Origin: Hypanus sabinus
Taxonomy: Eukaryota
Reading direction: 5' to 3'
Assembly: GCF_030144855.1 (NCBI RefSeq)
Contig: NC_082731.1
Coordinates: forward strand, 22,196,001 to 22,229,000
DNA length: 33,000 nt
A model generated the notes under the pieces. The model was not told the DNA's origin. It ran no database searches and saw nothing but the letters and a program-made list of their open reading frames with translations. Below, piece by piece: positions 1-10,872 of this stretch. The position numbers and the translations under genes are program-made. Each line of letters starts with the position of its first letter. Positions within the stretch are counted from its first letter, which is position 1.

Positions 1-490
1 CGCCAGATAGCCTCAAATATCCCCTTGTTTCAAGTAACTAGATTGCTAAATTGTTTGTACTGATCGCTCGCCAAGGCTTTGTTAAATAATATAGAATTAT
101 GAACAATATCTTCAAAATGTTTTTCTACTGGAAGACCTGACACCGGTTTATTTCTCAACACCATATCATATACAACCTGTCCTCCAGGAGGCCTATCTAC
201 ATATTGTGTCTTGTAAACTTACTGAACACTCCTAACAACTTCAACCCATCTAAACCCGTTGCTCTAGGGAGATGCCAATCATATTTGTGAAATTAAAATC
301 TGTCACACTGACAACTCTGTTATTATTACAGCTTTCCAGAATCTCTCTCCCTGCCTTTTTCTCGATGTCCCGGTTACTATTGCTTTGTTTATATAACACC
401 CAGTAGAGTTATGCACCCGTTCGTTTTTCTAAATTCCACCAACAGAAACTCGGTAGACAATCCCTCCGTGCCTTCCTCCTCTTCTGCAGC
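1..490 (-). mobile_element. CR1-type LINE fragment, ORF2 AP-endonuclease region (decayed)
   Basis: Minus strand reads ...EGLSTEFLLVEFRKTNGCITLLGVI*..., matching the CR1 ORF2 EN motif ELRNxKGxxTLxGVxYRPP seen nearly intact at ~5010-5070; stops present. Confidence 0.7.
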
Positions 491-499
491 AAAAATTTC

Positions 500-1267
500 G
501 ATGTCGAGTGGTTGAAGATGGCCTTAGAAAGGTTAGGGTCATAGGCAAATGAATGGCAGATGGAATACAATGTGATGAGTTGTACACTTACACAATTTGG
601 TGAAAGAAATGAAATGTTTTGCTATTTTCTACACGAAGTGAGAAAAGGGAAAATATATATAAACGGAGGTGGTCAAGGATTCCCGTGTTCTTGCAGGTTA
701 ATCCGCAGATTGCTTCTGCTGGAGCCTGTAGCATTCTTTTAAAGAGGACTAGATTGTAAAAGCGGGAAGATAATGTTGAGATTTTGTAAAGCCCTGGCAA
801 GGCCTCACTTGTGATATAATGAGAAAGTATTGAAACCTTCTCGTCGAAAGGATGCATTGACGCTGGAGATGGTCCAAAGAAGATTTACGAAATGGATCTA
901 TGGTTCAATTGTTTGCTCTTTAAAGAACATGTAACTATTCCATACCTGTATACACTGGGATTCAGAAGAATGGGAGGTTACTTCAGTGAAAACTATGGAA
1001 TGGTGAAATAACTTGATGGAAAGGAGATGAGAAAGAATAACTTTATCAAGCCAATGGTGAATCTACAGATTTCTTTGCCACTGAACAATGTGGAGGTTAG
1101 ATCTTCATTATAGTTAAGGAAGAGGACGATAGATTATTGATCGGTTACAGCATGAATGGATTCGAGGACCAGACAGAAGATTGGGGCTTGGAGATAATTG
1201 GATTCACTGTGATGAAATAGCGTAGCAGACTTAATGGGGAGATGACTCTGCTTCTGTATCTTATGGT
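500..1267 (+). mobile_element. CR1-type LINE 3' fragment (RT C-terminus, 3'UTR, tail)
   Basis: LERLGS*ANEWQMEYNV motif, homologous to 11900-11950; ends in the TCTTATGG tail also seen at 12746. Confidence 0.8.
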
Positions 1268-2339
1268 ATTGTGTAATGTTCAGTGAAATGCACCTGAGGG
1301 GAACGCATTAGTAGTAAACTCAAACCGAAATGAAACACTAAGATGAACTTGCCTTTTAACCAACGGACCACCAGATTTTCCGATTCGTCTAAAGTGTGCC
1401 CGCAATCATGCTGCACAATACAGAACGAATATGAGGGGCCAGGAAACTTCATTCAACATCGGCGAATGTTCACAGATGGGATAAGCATTGTTACTGTCGA
1501 TACTCCGGACTAATATCATGTGTACACATTCTAAGTAGAAGGAGCAACAAAACAATGAAAGGCAGCTTGCATTGTCCAGAGTAACGAACCAGCACCACGA
1601 AAAGAAAGGCATGCGCAACTGAACACCCCCGCAGAATGTGTTTAGGTAAGCATTGTTCTGACGTTTCTCGCAAAGCGATCCTCTATGCGATTTCATGCTG
1701 CGTGAGATAATACATTTTTTTTTCGTTAAACACCTTTAATTGTGTAGTCAGTGGAGTAATTCAGCACTCAATGCAGGACCATCGTCGGCATAACAATTTT
1801 CTGAATGCCAAAGACCAAACGTTCCTCAGTAATGGTTTTCGAGAAGAAGTAAATATTAAGGAGGCAACACTTCTCTCTGTTCTCAATGGACAACCGGAAT
1901 GATCCGAGATATGTTTATTAGCACGGTCCAAAATAATTAATGTGGACGTGGTACCAAGAGAATTACTCCAGGCAATGATTCAATTGGTTCTTTTTGTATC
2001 TACAGACAAATAGAGCACACATGTCTTAAGTTCTAAATTCTGTTACACATTTAGGTGGAAATGCATAGGTTAGCAATGCCTTCAATCGCAACACAGTTGA
2101 TTGGGTACCACGAATGTTGCTGAGGACACTCCTGCTTTGCTTTGGCTAGGTTCGGCGACGATTATTTGGGCTTTCAATTCTGAGTGTTAAGTTATTTTTT
2201 GTGATATGTAGACGGTTGAAATTCCAGCTGTCAGTGCTTAGATTCAGCCCAACTGCAATGTTCTGTTCTCTGGTGACAGGAGCTGATCTCGCGTTCTCGG
2301 CCGGCTAAAGAGTGGCCAAGCCCTAAACACGAACTTCAC

Positions 2340-2799
2340 CGGAACTTGGAGAGTTGCGGCCACCTATACGAGTTTGAATTTGCTTTTATGCAGAGGGAGA
2401 CGTGTTTTGATGATTTACCGTCCCAGGTAATCGATTGACTCCTTGAAGAATGTTCCTTTTCCTTTCTTTGGAATTATACCTACCTCCTCCAAGCGAGATG
2501 TTTATACAAAGTAGTGTAGCAATTTCATTACACTCAGATTTTACAGTTATTAAAAGATTACCGAGGAAGTATTGTCGCATTGGATATCTTCAATCAAATT
2601 ATCAATATGGTGCAGAAGTAGACATGGTCAGAGATTACGCCTAAAGTAGCTGCCTTAAATTATTTATGCGTTGCATCGTTGTAATTGACAGGGAGTCTTC
2701 GTCAGAATTACCTGATTATTGGCGGGTTCCTATGAATTTATTGAGGACTTACCGACCGCTGAGAAGTTTGCTTCGATCGGTGGTATCGAATATGTGCAT
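2340..2799 (-). pseudogene. Decayed TCR alpha/delta-like V segment (leader + V exon)
   Basis: ATG 2799, 47-nt leader, GTAAGT donor at 2752, 112-bp intron, TTTAG acceptor, exon from 2640. Reads GVISDHV, then a frameshift, then IQCDNTSSVIF** (TTTTAATAACTGTAAAATCTG vs FWYRQNP codons) and FR3-like KTRLPLHKSKFKL. YYC and RSS are lost. Confidence 0.55.
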
Positions 2800-2947
2800 A
2801 CACTTTGTCAGAGATTTTCCGGTCAGTTTGTAGTAGCGGAAGATGAATATAAGCACGGGAGCCTTATGGAATGGCACGACAGAAGCCGCCCACTATGAGT
2901 ATTAACGACTCTAATATATATGGTTTCTGCAGTTGATCCGTCGGTGC

Positions 2948-3315
2948 GGGCAGCGGAGCGGGAGTAAGGAGTGCTCGAGGTCGACAGACGAATGGAGATC
3001 GGAGGATCGGAGGATCAGCCGTTGTAGGTAGGCCGAGACCGTCGGACCGACATGGACAGTACCTGAGGAGGAAGGTAAAGCTGCGCAGGCGCGGGTGACG
3101 TCAGCGACGAGGGCTTTGTTTAAAAAGAGGCCCCCTTTCATGAGCGGGCAGTGTCTGTTCAGGCAGCGGAGCGCGAATAAGCAGAGCTCGAGGTCGACAG
3201 ACGACTGGAGATCGGAGGATCGGAGATCAGCCGTTGCAGTTTGGCCGAGACCGTCGGACTTAACTGCGCAGGCGCGGGTGACGTCAGCGGCGAGAGCGGG
3301 GTTTGAAAAAAGCCC
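2948..3315 (+). repeat. Two tandem ~185-210 bp 5'UTR monomers, each with TGCGCAGGCGC and a perfect TGACGTCA
   Basis: GGCAGCGGAGCG...GCTCGAGGTCGACAGACG...GGCCGAGACCGTCGGAC...CTGCGCAGGCGCGGGTGACGTCAGC occurs twice; CRE at 3096-3103 and 3279-3286. Confidence 0.9.
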
Positions 3316-3485
3316 CACTTCTCGGAGCAGGCAGCAAAGTGCTGGGCTTTGGTTCAGCGGGCTTCGGCGCAAGGGGACTTCGGTGAGAGGAAATCAGTGA
3401 GCCTGAGTACGTGCTTGCTGACATAAAAAAAAATAAGGTCGGCAGTTACTTTTTTAATTTATTCTGTCTAATCTGGAATCATTTA

Positions 3486-4440
3486 ATGGGGGAGACAGTT
3501 AGAGCAGTGTTTTGCTCCGTATGTAGTATGTGGGAGGTAAGTGTTAACACATTTTTCCCTGATGACCACACCTGCAAAAGGTACATCCAGCCGCAGCTCC
3601 TATCGGACCGAGTTAGGGAATTGGAGCAGGAGCTGGATGAACTACGGATCATTCGTGAGGCAGAGACAGAGATAGATAAGAGTTATCGGGAGGTAGTCAC
3701 ACCGAAAAGACAGGAGGTAGGCAAATGGGTGACAGTCCAGAGAGGCAGGGGGAGCAGCCAGAGAGAGCAAAGCACCCCTGTGGACGTTCCCATCAACAAT
3801 GAGTATAACGTTTCTGATACTGTTGGTGGGGATGACCTACCAGGAACAAGTTGCAGTGGTCCTGTCTCTGGCACTGAGGTTGGATCCTCGACTAGGAAGG
3901 GGAGGAGGGAAGAAAAGAGAGCGGTAGGGATAAGGAATTCTATTGTCGGTGGGCAGATAGGAGATTTTGTGGGGATGATCGGCAGTCTCGGATGGTATGC
4001 TCCCTCCCTGGTGCCGGGGTCCGGGACTTCTCAGATCGGGTGCAGGTTATTCTTGAGAGGGAGAGCAAGAACCCAGGTGTTGTGGTCCATGTAGGGACCA
4101 AAGACGTGGGTAGGATGTGAGGGGGTCACGCGTAGTGATTTCAGGGAGTTAGGTGCGAAACTGAAGGGCAGGACCTCCAGGGTAACAATGCTACCTGTGC
4201 CACGTGCGAGTAAGGCAAGGAACAGAAGAATTATGCAGATTAATACGTGGCTGAGAAAATGGTGCAGGAGGGATTGCTTCAGGTTTTCAGATAATTGGGC
4301 TTTGTTCCAGGGAAGGTGGGATCTCTTCCGACGAGACGCTTTACACCTGAACTGGAGCGGTACTAACATACTTCCAGGAAAGTTTGCTAGCGCAGCTCGG
4401 GGGAGTGGGTGTTGGGGGTGGTGGTTTAACCTAAATTTGC
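3486..4440 (+). pseudogene. CR1 ORF1 (CxxC zinc finger, coiled coil, SGNH/GDSL esterase-like domain), frameshifted
   Basis: MGETVRAVFCSVCSMWE...DHTC, LSDRVRELEQELDEL; then, across frames, RNSIVG (GDSIV-like), VVVHVGTKDVG, LPVPRAS, DALHLNWSG. Confidence 0.8.
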
Positions 4441-4739
4441 AGGGGACAGGGATCCATAATGTGAGAGAGGATAGCGAGATGAAGAATAAAGGACAGGTGG
4501 GGATTACACAGTTCCGGAATATTAAGTGTGTAGTAGGGAAAGTTGAGGCGGGACAAGTGATAAGGTGGACACATGTACAGAGGGATGGTCTGATGGAACA
4601 TGGAGTTAAATGTGCAGAAAAAAATAAGTAAATTTCGGAAGGACAACAAAATTCAAGTGGCGTATAGCCCGACTGGAGTTCGGGGAGCTGGGTTAAGCAC
4701 AATCGGCAGCAATTTAAACAGAGAGAGGAGACATCGGCT

Positions 4740-6800
4740 AAAAATTCGATATCTGAATGCACGAAGTGTCAGAAATAAGACGGATGAGCTTGCAGCTCAG
4801 TTGCGAATGGGTAACTATGATGCTGTTGGCATAACGGAGACATTGCTGCAGGGAGAGCAGACCTGGGAAATTAATGTTCAAGGGTATACGTGCTATCATA
4901 GGGACAGAAATGAGGGCAGAGGGAGTGGGGTGGCCCTGTTGGTCAGGAATGAGATTCTGTCGTTTGCAAGGGGGTATATAGGATCAGGAGAAGTAGAATC
5001 TGTGTGGACAGAACTGAGGAACAGTAAGGGCAAAAATACCCTAATGGGTGTTGTCTACAGGCCCCCAAACTGTAGCATGTATACTGGGTGCAAGTTGAAT
5101 AGGGAGTTAACATTGTCATGTGGCAAATTCAATGTCGCAGTAGTTATTGGGGATTTGAACATGCACGTGAACTGGGAGAATCAGGTTGGTGCTGGACCCC
5201 AGGATAGGGAATTTGTCGAGTGACTACGGGATGCATTCTTGGAACAGCTTGTAAGAGAGCCGACCAGGGACAAGGCTATTCTGGATTTAATGTTGTATAA
5301 TGAACAGTATTTGATAAGCGATCTTGAAGTAAAGGAGCTATTAGGAGGTAGTGACCATAATATGATAAGTTTTTATCTGCAATTTGAGAAGTAGAAGGGC
5401 AGATCGGAGGTTTCAGTGTTGAGTTAAACAAACGAGACCGTGGGGATATGAGGGAGGAGCTGGCCAAAGTTAAATGGACGGACAGCCTAGCAGAAAAGAC
5501 AGTGGAACAGCAATGCCAGGTATTCTTGGAATAATGCACAAGGTGCAATATCAGTTCATCCCCCGTAGAAGGAAGGATGGAGATGCGGGAAAGGGGCCAC
5601 AGTGGTTGACAAAGGAAGTCAGAGATTGCATAGCATTAACAAAAAGAAGTAAGACAGAGCTAAATGAGATACGAACGCAAGCTAGCCAGGAACATAAAGG
5701 AGGATAGCAAAAGTTTTTTTTTTGGGTATGTGAAGAGAAAGAAGATAGTTAAGAACAAAGTTGGGCACTTGAAGAATGAATTGTGTGAAATTGTTATGGG
5801 AAACAGGTAATTGGCAGTAGAATCTAAGAAGTACTTTAGCTCTCTCTTCACGAGGGAAGACACAAGCAATCTCCCAGATGTCTGGATGGGCCAAGGACAT
5901 TGGGTAACAGAGGAAATGAAACAGATTGACATTAGGAAGTAAACGGTGATGAGTAGACTGATGGGACTGAAGGCTGACAAATCCCCAGGTCCAGATAGTC
6001 TGTATCGTAGGGTACTAAAGGAGGTGGCCCTGGAATTTACGGAAGCATTGGTAATCATTTTCCAATGTTCCTTAGATTCAGGATCAGTTCCTGAGGATTG
6101 GAGAATGGATAATGTTATGCCTCTTTTTAAGAAAGAAGGGAGGGAGAAAACAGAGAACTATCGTCCTATCAGCCTTACATCAGTAGTGGGGTAGATGCCA
6201 GAGTCCATTATTAAAGATAAAATAGGGGCATATCTAGATAGCAGTGATAGGAATGGGCCGAGCCAGTATGGATTCACCAAGGGCAAATCATGCTTGACTA
6301 ATCTATTGGAGTTTTTCGAGGACGTAACCAGGAAGTTAGCCAAGGGACATCCAGTGGATGTAGTGTACCTCGATTGTCAGAAGGCATTGATAAGTTCCCA
6401 CATAGACGATTGGGGCGTAACATCAAAGCCCATGGCATTGGGGGAAAGATATTGACATGGATAGAAAACTAGTTGGCAGATAGAAAGCAAAGGTTAGCGG
6501 TGAATCGGTGTTTCTCGGAATGGCAGGTGGTGACTAGTGGGGTGCCACAGTAATGGGAGCACAGCTGTTTACGATTTACATCAACGAATTAGATGAACGC
6601 ATTCAGAATAACATCAGCCAGTTTACTGATTACACTAAGTTGGGTGGCAGTGTGACATGTGATGAGGATGTTAGGAGAATTCAGGGTGAATTCGATAGGC
6701 TGAGTGTATGGGCAGATACTTGGTAGATGACGTTTAATGTGAATAAGTTTGAGGTTATCCACTTTGGCAGTAATAACAGGAAGGCAGATCATAATCTGAA
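4740..6800 (+). pseudogene. CR1 ORF2 (APE + RT) with multiple stops and frameshifts
   Basis: ORF-track pieces 4600-5223, 5946-6194, 6195-6455 and 6727 onward give collinear EN and RT motifs. Confidence 0.85.
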
Positions 6801-9500
6801 CTGTCGGTTGTCTCCTTGTAGCGATCTGCTGAACGGGCTGGTGCTGCACGTGTCTCCTCCCAAGTCATGCAGCACCGGTCGATATGATCGCGGACGGATA
6901 GTACTACAAACTCTTCTTCCTGCGTGGGAAATAACGGGGGCTAGTTCCCCAGCGAGCACTCGTACTGGAACTTTCCTACGGCTGAACTCATGAGGGAGTT
7001 GTGGGCGTACTCGACCCAAGGGAGTTGGGCGCTACAGGTGTCTGAGATGTTTTCGGGCACCGAACGCAACGTTGCTTCTATGACCTGGTTAATCCGCTAC
7101 GTCTGTCCATTTGTCTGGGGGTGGAAGGCAGGTGATAGTTTGTATGATGCACCCAAGCACTCGGCAGAATGCTTTCCACACCTTGGAGACGTACTGGGAG
7201 CCTCGATCCGAGACGACGTTGGCGGGGATTCCGTGGAGGCGAAAGACGTGGCGGACAATGTGGTCAGCGGTTCTTTGGCCGAGGGGAGTTTCGGTAGGCC
7301 TAGAAAATGCACAGCCTTCGAAAATCTGTCTATCAAGGTGGGAATGGTGGTATTTCCGCGAAATTTGGGCAGACATATGAGGAAATCCAGGGCGAAGTGC
7401 GACCATGGGCGGCCAGGAACAGGCAGCGGGCGAAGCAATCCCGCTGGCGCCAGATAAGAGTCCTTCCCCTGTGCACAAGTGGGACATGCCGCGATGTAGG
7501 AGCGCGTGTCTGTCTCCATGGAGGGCCACAAAAAATGTTTTCTCAGGAATGTCAGGGTTCGATTACTTCCGGGGTGGCAGGCAAACCGAGGCGCATGCCA
7601 CCACTAGAGGACATGTGATCTGTCGCGTTCGGGCACATCGCGGCGGTCGCTTGGTCCCGATCATCCTGGTGAGCTTCTTTTACAAGAGACTCGATCTCTC
7701 AGGCGAACGAAGCCACCACGCAGGATGGGGGGGGGGGGGGTGTTGATAGTTTCTGGAATGGAGGTGTCCTCCGTGGAGTCGCATTGGCGGGAGAGCACGT
7801 CCGGATTTCAATTCTTGGACTCTGGGCGGTAAGTGATGGTAAACTTGAATCGCCCAAAGAATAATGCCCAACGGGCCTAGCGGGAGTTCAGGTGCTTGGC
7901 GGTCTGAATATACCCCAGGTTTTTGTGATATTACCAGACGACAAATCGATGCTCTGCCCCCTCCAGCCACTGTCTCCACTCTTCTAACGCCAGTCTGACC
8001 GCCAATAACCCTCGATTTCCCACATCATAATTCCGTTCATCCGGGGACAATCGGCGGGAAAAGAAGGCACATGTGTGAACCTCTTCGTCCGTACCCAAAC
8101 TTTGGGACTGGACTGCTCGTACCACGGAATCTGAAGCGTCAACCTCAACGATGAATTGTCGGGACGGGTCCGGATGGATCAGGATGGGGGCGGTAGTAAA
8201 GCATCTCTTTAAGTTACTAAGTGCTGCTCACACTGCGGTGTCCCAAGAAAAGGGTGTGGAGGGCGAGATAAGACGGCTGAAGGGGCTGCTGCCCGACTGT
8301 ATCCCTGATAAAACGGCGGTAGAAGTTCGCGAACCCCAGGAACCTCTGGAGTTGTTTGCGGGTCGTGGGCCTAGGCCATTCCTCCACCGCACGGATATTC
8401 TGGGGGTCCGCTCTCACTCACACAACTTCGATCCTAGAAAGCTGACCGAAGGGACATGAACTCACATTTCTCCGCCTTCACAAACAGTTGGTTTTCCCAC
8501 ATCCTCTGAAGGACTCTACCGACATGGCGAACAGGTTATGGCAGGCTGCGGAAAAGATCAGAATGTCGACTCGATAAACGAACACGAAACGGTTAATGAA
8601 GTCCCTTAACACATCGTTGAAGGCGGCGGGAGAATTAGTAAGGCCAAACGGCATCACAAGTTATTCAAAATGTCCCAGAGGGGTGTCTTCCACTCATCCC
8701 CTTCCCGTATACTAACGAGTGGTAGGCATTCCATAGGGCCAGCTTAGAAAAGACTGGCATTCCGTGTAGCAGATAGAAGGTTGAACTAATGAGAGGTAGT
8801 GGGTATTTGTTTTTAATGGTTATATTGTCCAAGCCTCGATAATTGATGCAGGGGCGAAGCGATCCATCTTTCTTTTACAAAAAGAAGCGGATGCCCACAG
8901 GGGAGGAAGAGGGCCTGATGAGGCCCGCTGCGAGGGACTCACCCAGGTATCTCTTAATGGTCTCCCTCTCTGGTCGCGACAAATTATAGAGGCAACTGGT
9001 GGATAGCGGGGCCCCAGGGAGAAGGTCGATGGCACAGTCATAAGGGCGGTGCCGAGGCAGGGCAAGTGTTCGTTGTTTGCTGAACAGCTGTCCCAGGTCG
9101 TGGTATTCAGCAGGTACCCTGAAGAGGTCAATGTCTTCGGAAACCGGCGGGGTCGCCGGAGCCTCCCTGGGAGGTGGAGCCGACCGTAGACAGTGGGCGT
9201 GGCATGCTGGTCTCCATCTGGCTATCCTCCCGACTGTCCAGTCAATCTGGGGATTGTAGTGGACCAGGGTATCCTAGCAACACCGGGGCTTGAGGCGAGT
9301 GGATTAAATTGAATCTAACCTTCTCTTGGTGGTTACCGGTCAGGACTATTGTTAAGGGTCTAGTGCGGTGGGTAACTTCAGCCAGCAACCTACCGTCCAG
9401 GCCCCGGCCTCCAAGGGGGTTGTGAGTGGTTCCCGAGGTTTTCCGGCCCGGACGTCTACTTCGCCATCAAACAGATTACTCTCAGCGCCGGAATCAACTC
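6801..9500 (-). pseudogene. pol: pol (protease, RT, RNase H, integrase), disrupted
   Basis: Fragments in ORFs 9352-9795, 8820-9131, 8217-8417, 7931-8125, 7097-7531 and 7089-7529. Confidence 0.88.
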
Positions 9501-9599
9501 GGGCCGATAGGGGCAAGGAGGGTTGTTGGAGATCACAGTGGCCGAGAACTTCCTCCGGGTTTGTGGGGCTGAAGGAAGTATTGTGCGAACCAGCTGCAT

Positions 9600-10491
9600 T
9601 GATTCTTCTTCCAGGACGGTGTGGACAGATGGAGCAGGAATGAAACTTGGGCGAGCCGAGGAAGGCGATTTGGGGGAATGTAGGGAAACGGGGCGTGGAG
9701 TTACCCGAGGAGCTGGGTGACAAGTCCTTTCCCTCCAGCAATCCCGCAACCGGGCGTCCAGCCTGGTCGCTAAAAAGATTAACGCATCCAGGCATTCCGT
9801 ATCATCTTTCGCTGCCAATCCTTAATTCTTTCTGCAAGAACCTGTCGGAATACGTCCGGTAGGGCGTCGTCGTTCCATATGAGTCGGATGCTAGCGTGCG
9901 GAATTCGATGGCATATTTAGCCACACTCCTTGGACCGTGACATGGGGTCAGCAAGCGTCTGGCGGTGTCCTTTCCGTGAAGGTGCTGTTTGAAAACCTTC
10001 CGCATCTCCGAGACGAAGGTGAGGAAGGAGGCACAAAACAAGGGTTGGTTGACCCAAATACCTGTAGCCCATGCCAGGCCATCCCCTCGCAGCAGCCCAA
10101 TGGCGTAGGCGAGCTTTGAATTAACTGATGCATATGTTCGTGGCTGTTGCTCGAAAACCAGGGATCATTGTAGTACGACCGCTCTACACCTCCCTAGGTC
10201 TCGCGCGGAGGGATCTGGCTCTGGAACATACGGCTCTCGAGGGGATCTGATTGCCGGTTCCAGGAGCAGAGACGGTTCAGGTTGCCCGGATGAGTTGGCC
10301 GGAGTTCTCGGCTGCTGTGGCGGACTAAGGATCACATGCATCCGGTCCACCTTTTCACTGACCGTCCCCACAGTTGTGGCCAGCGTATGGAGGTGTTCAG
10401 TAACTTCCCGGAGCAATTCGTTGCGGGCACCCAGTAAAAGGCCATGGCTGGCGAGGGCCTGTTGCACGGGATCCGAGTCCGCTGGGTTCAT
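9600..10491 (-). pseudogene. gag: gag (Sushi/PEG10-like), frameshifted
   Basis: MNPADSDPVQQAL...REPYVPEPD (10165-10491), SVAKYAIEFRTLAS (9802-10041), LDALIFLATRLDARLR (9456-9818). Confidence 0.8.
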
Positions 10492-10508
10492 GGCTGGCTA
10501 GATGGTTC

Positions 10509-10872
10509 TGTGAAAACAACGTGACAGGAAAACGAACCCAAGTGCAGGTCTCTGATGCGGAGGTAGGATCAGGAGGCAGAATCTCCGTAGCGAGTGTAGA
10601 ATCGGGACCAGGCTGGGTCAGGTCCTGGGAGACTTGGTTTACCAAGAGATACGGGGTTGAAGACGTGATGCAAGGTTCCTCTTTGTCTGGGAGACGACCA
10701 ACAATATGGCAAGGGCTGACAGTAGCTCTCGGAGTCTATCCTCTGGTGGCAAATGGAAACCAAGTGCTGCTGATTCAGAGTAATTGGGAAAGATTGGGAA
10801 TGAGGTGTGCGGATTAAGGACTAATTAGGGAGAAAAGGGAAAAGGTGGGACATGCCAGTCAGGATCATGACA
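10509..10872 (-). repeat. 5' LTR (~364 bp) of the gypsy element
   Basis: Minus strand begins TGTCATGATCC and ends TTTTCACA (TG...CA); gag ATG lies 17 nt beyond its end; CR1 sequence begins immediately at 10873. Confidence 0.75.

Larger units (their letters stand above)
2925..6800 (+). mobile_element. Near-full-length CR1-type LINE (5'UTR, ORF1, ORF2), 3'-truncated
   Basis: GC-rich 5'UTR; ORF1 with zinc finger, coiled coil and esterase; ORF2 with EN (YLNARSVRNK, YRPPN) and RT motifs (KSPGPD, NYRPISLTSVVG, GKSCLTNLLEFFEDV). Ends abruptly at the RKADxxLN motif near 6800. The 5' boundary is approximate. Confidence 0.9.
6801..10872 (-). mobile_element. Ty3/gypsy LTR retrotransposon, Sushi/Tf1-like; 5' LTR present, 3' end truncated in integrase
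   Basis: Minus-strand order is LTR, gag, PR (DSGA ~9484-9495), RT (VFVYRVDIL, degenerate YLDD ~8563-8580), RNaseH ([12 protein letters not shown]), IN (CPTCAQGK, WSHFALDF, IDRFSKAVHF, VVSDRG, HPQTNGQ). This is the gypsy PR-RT-RH-IN order. Confidence 0.92.

Noticed and set aside
1390-1700. Minus-strand ORF ending LYCAA, plus a ~25-nt similarity to 28960-28990 (KGQNA/KRQNNA)
   Set aside because: Motif spacing is inconsistent with a V domain and there is no RSS; the 28.9 kb side merges into a CR1 fragment. Too weak to call.
7918-7926. Perfect nonamer GGTTTTTGT
   Set aside because: Inside gypsy pol coding sequence with no heptamer.
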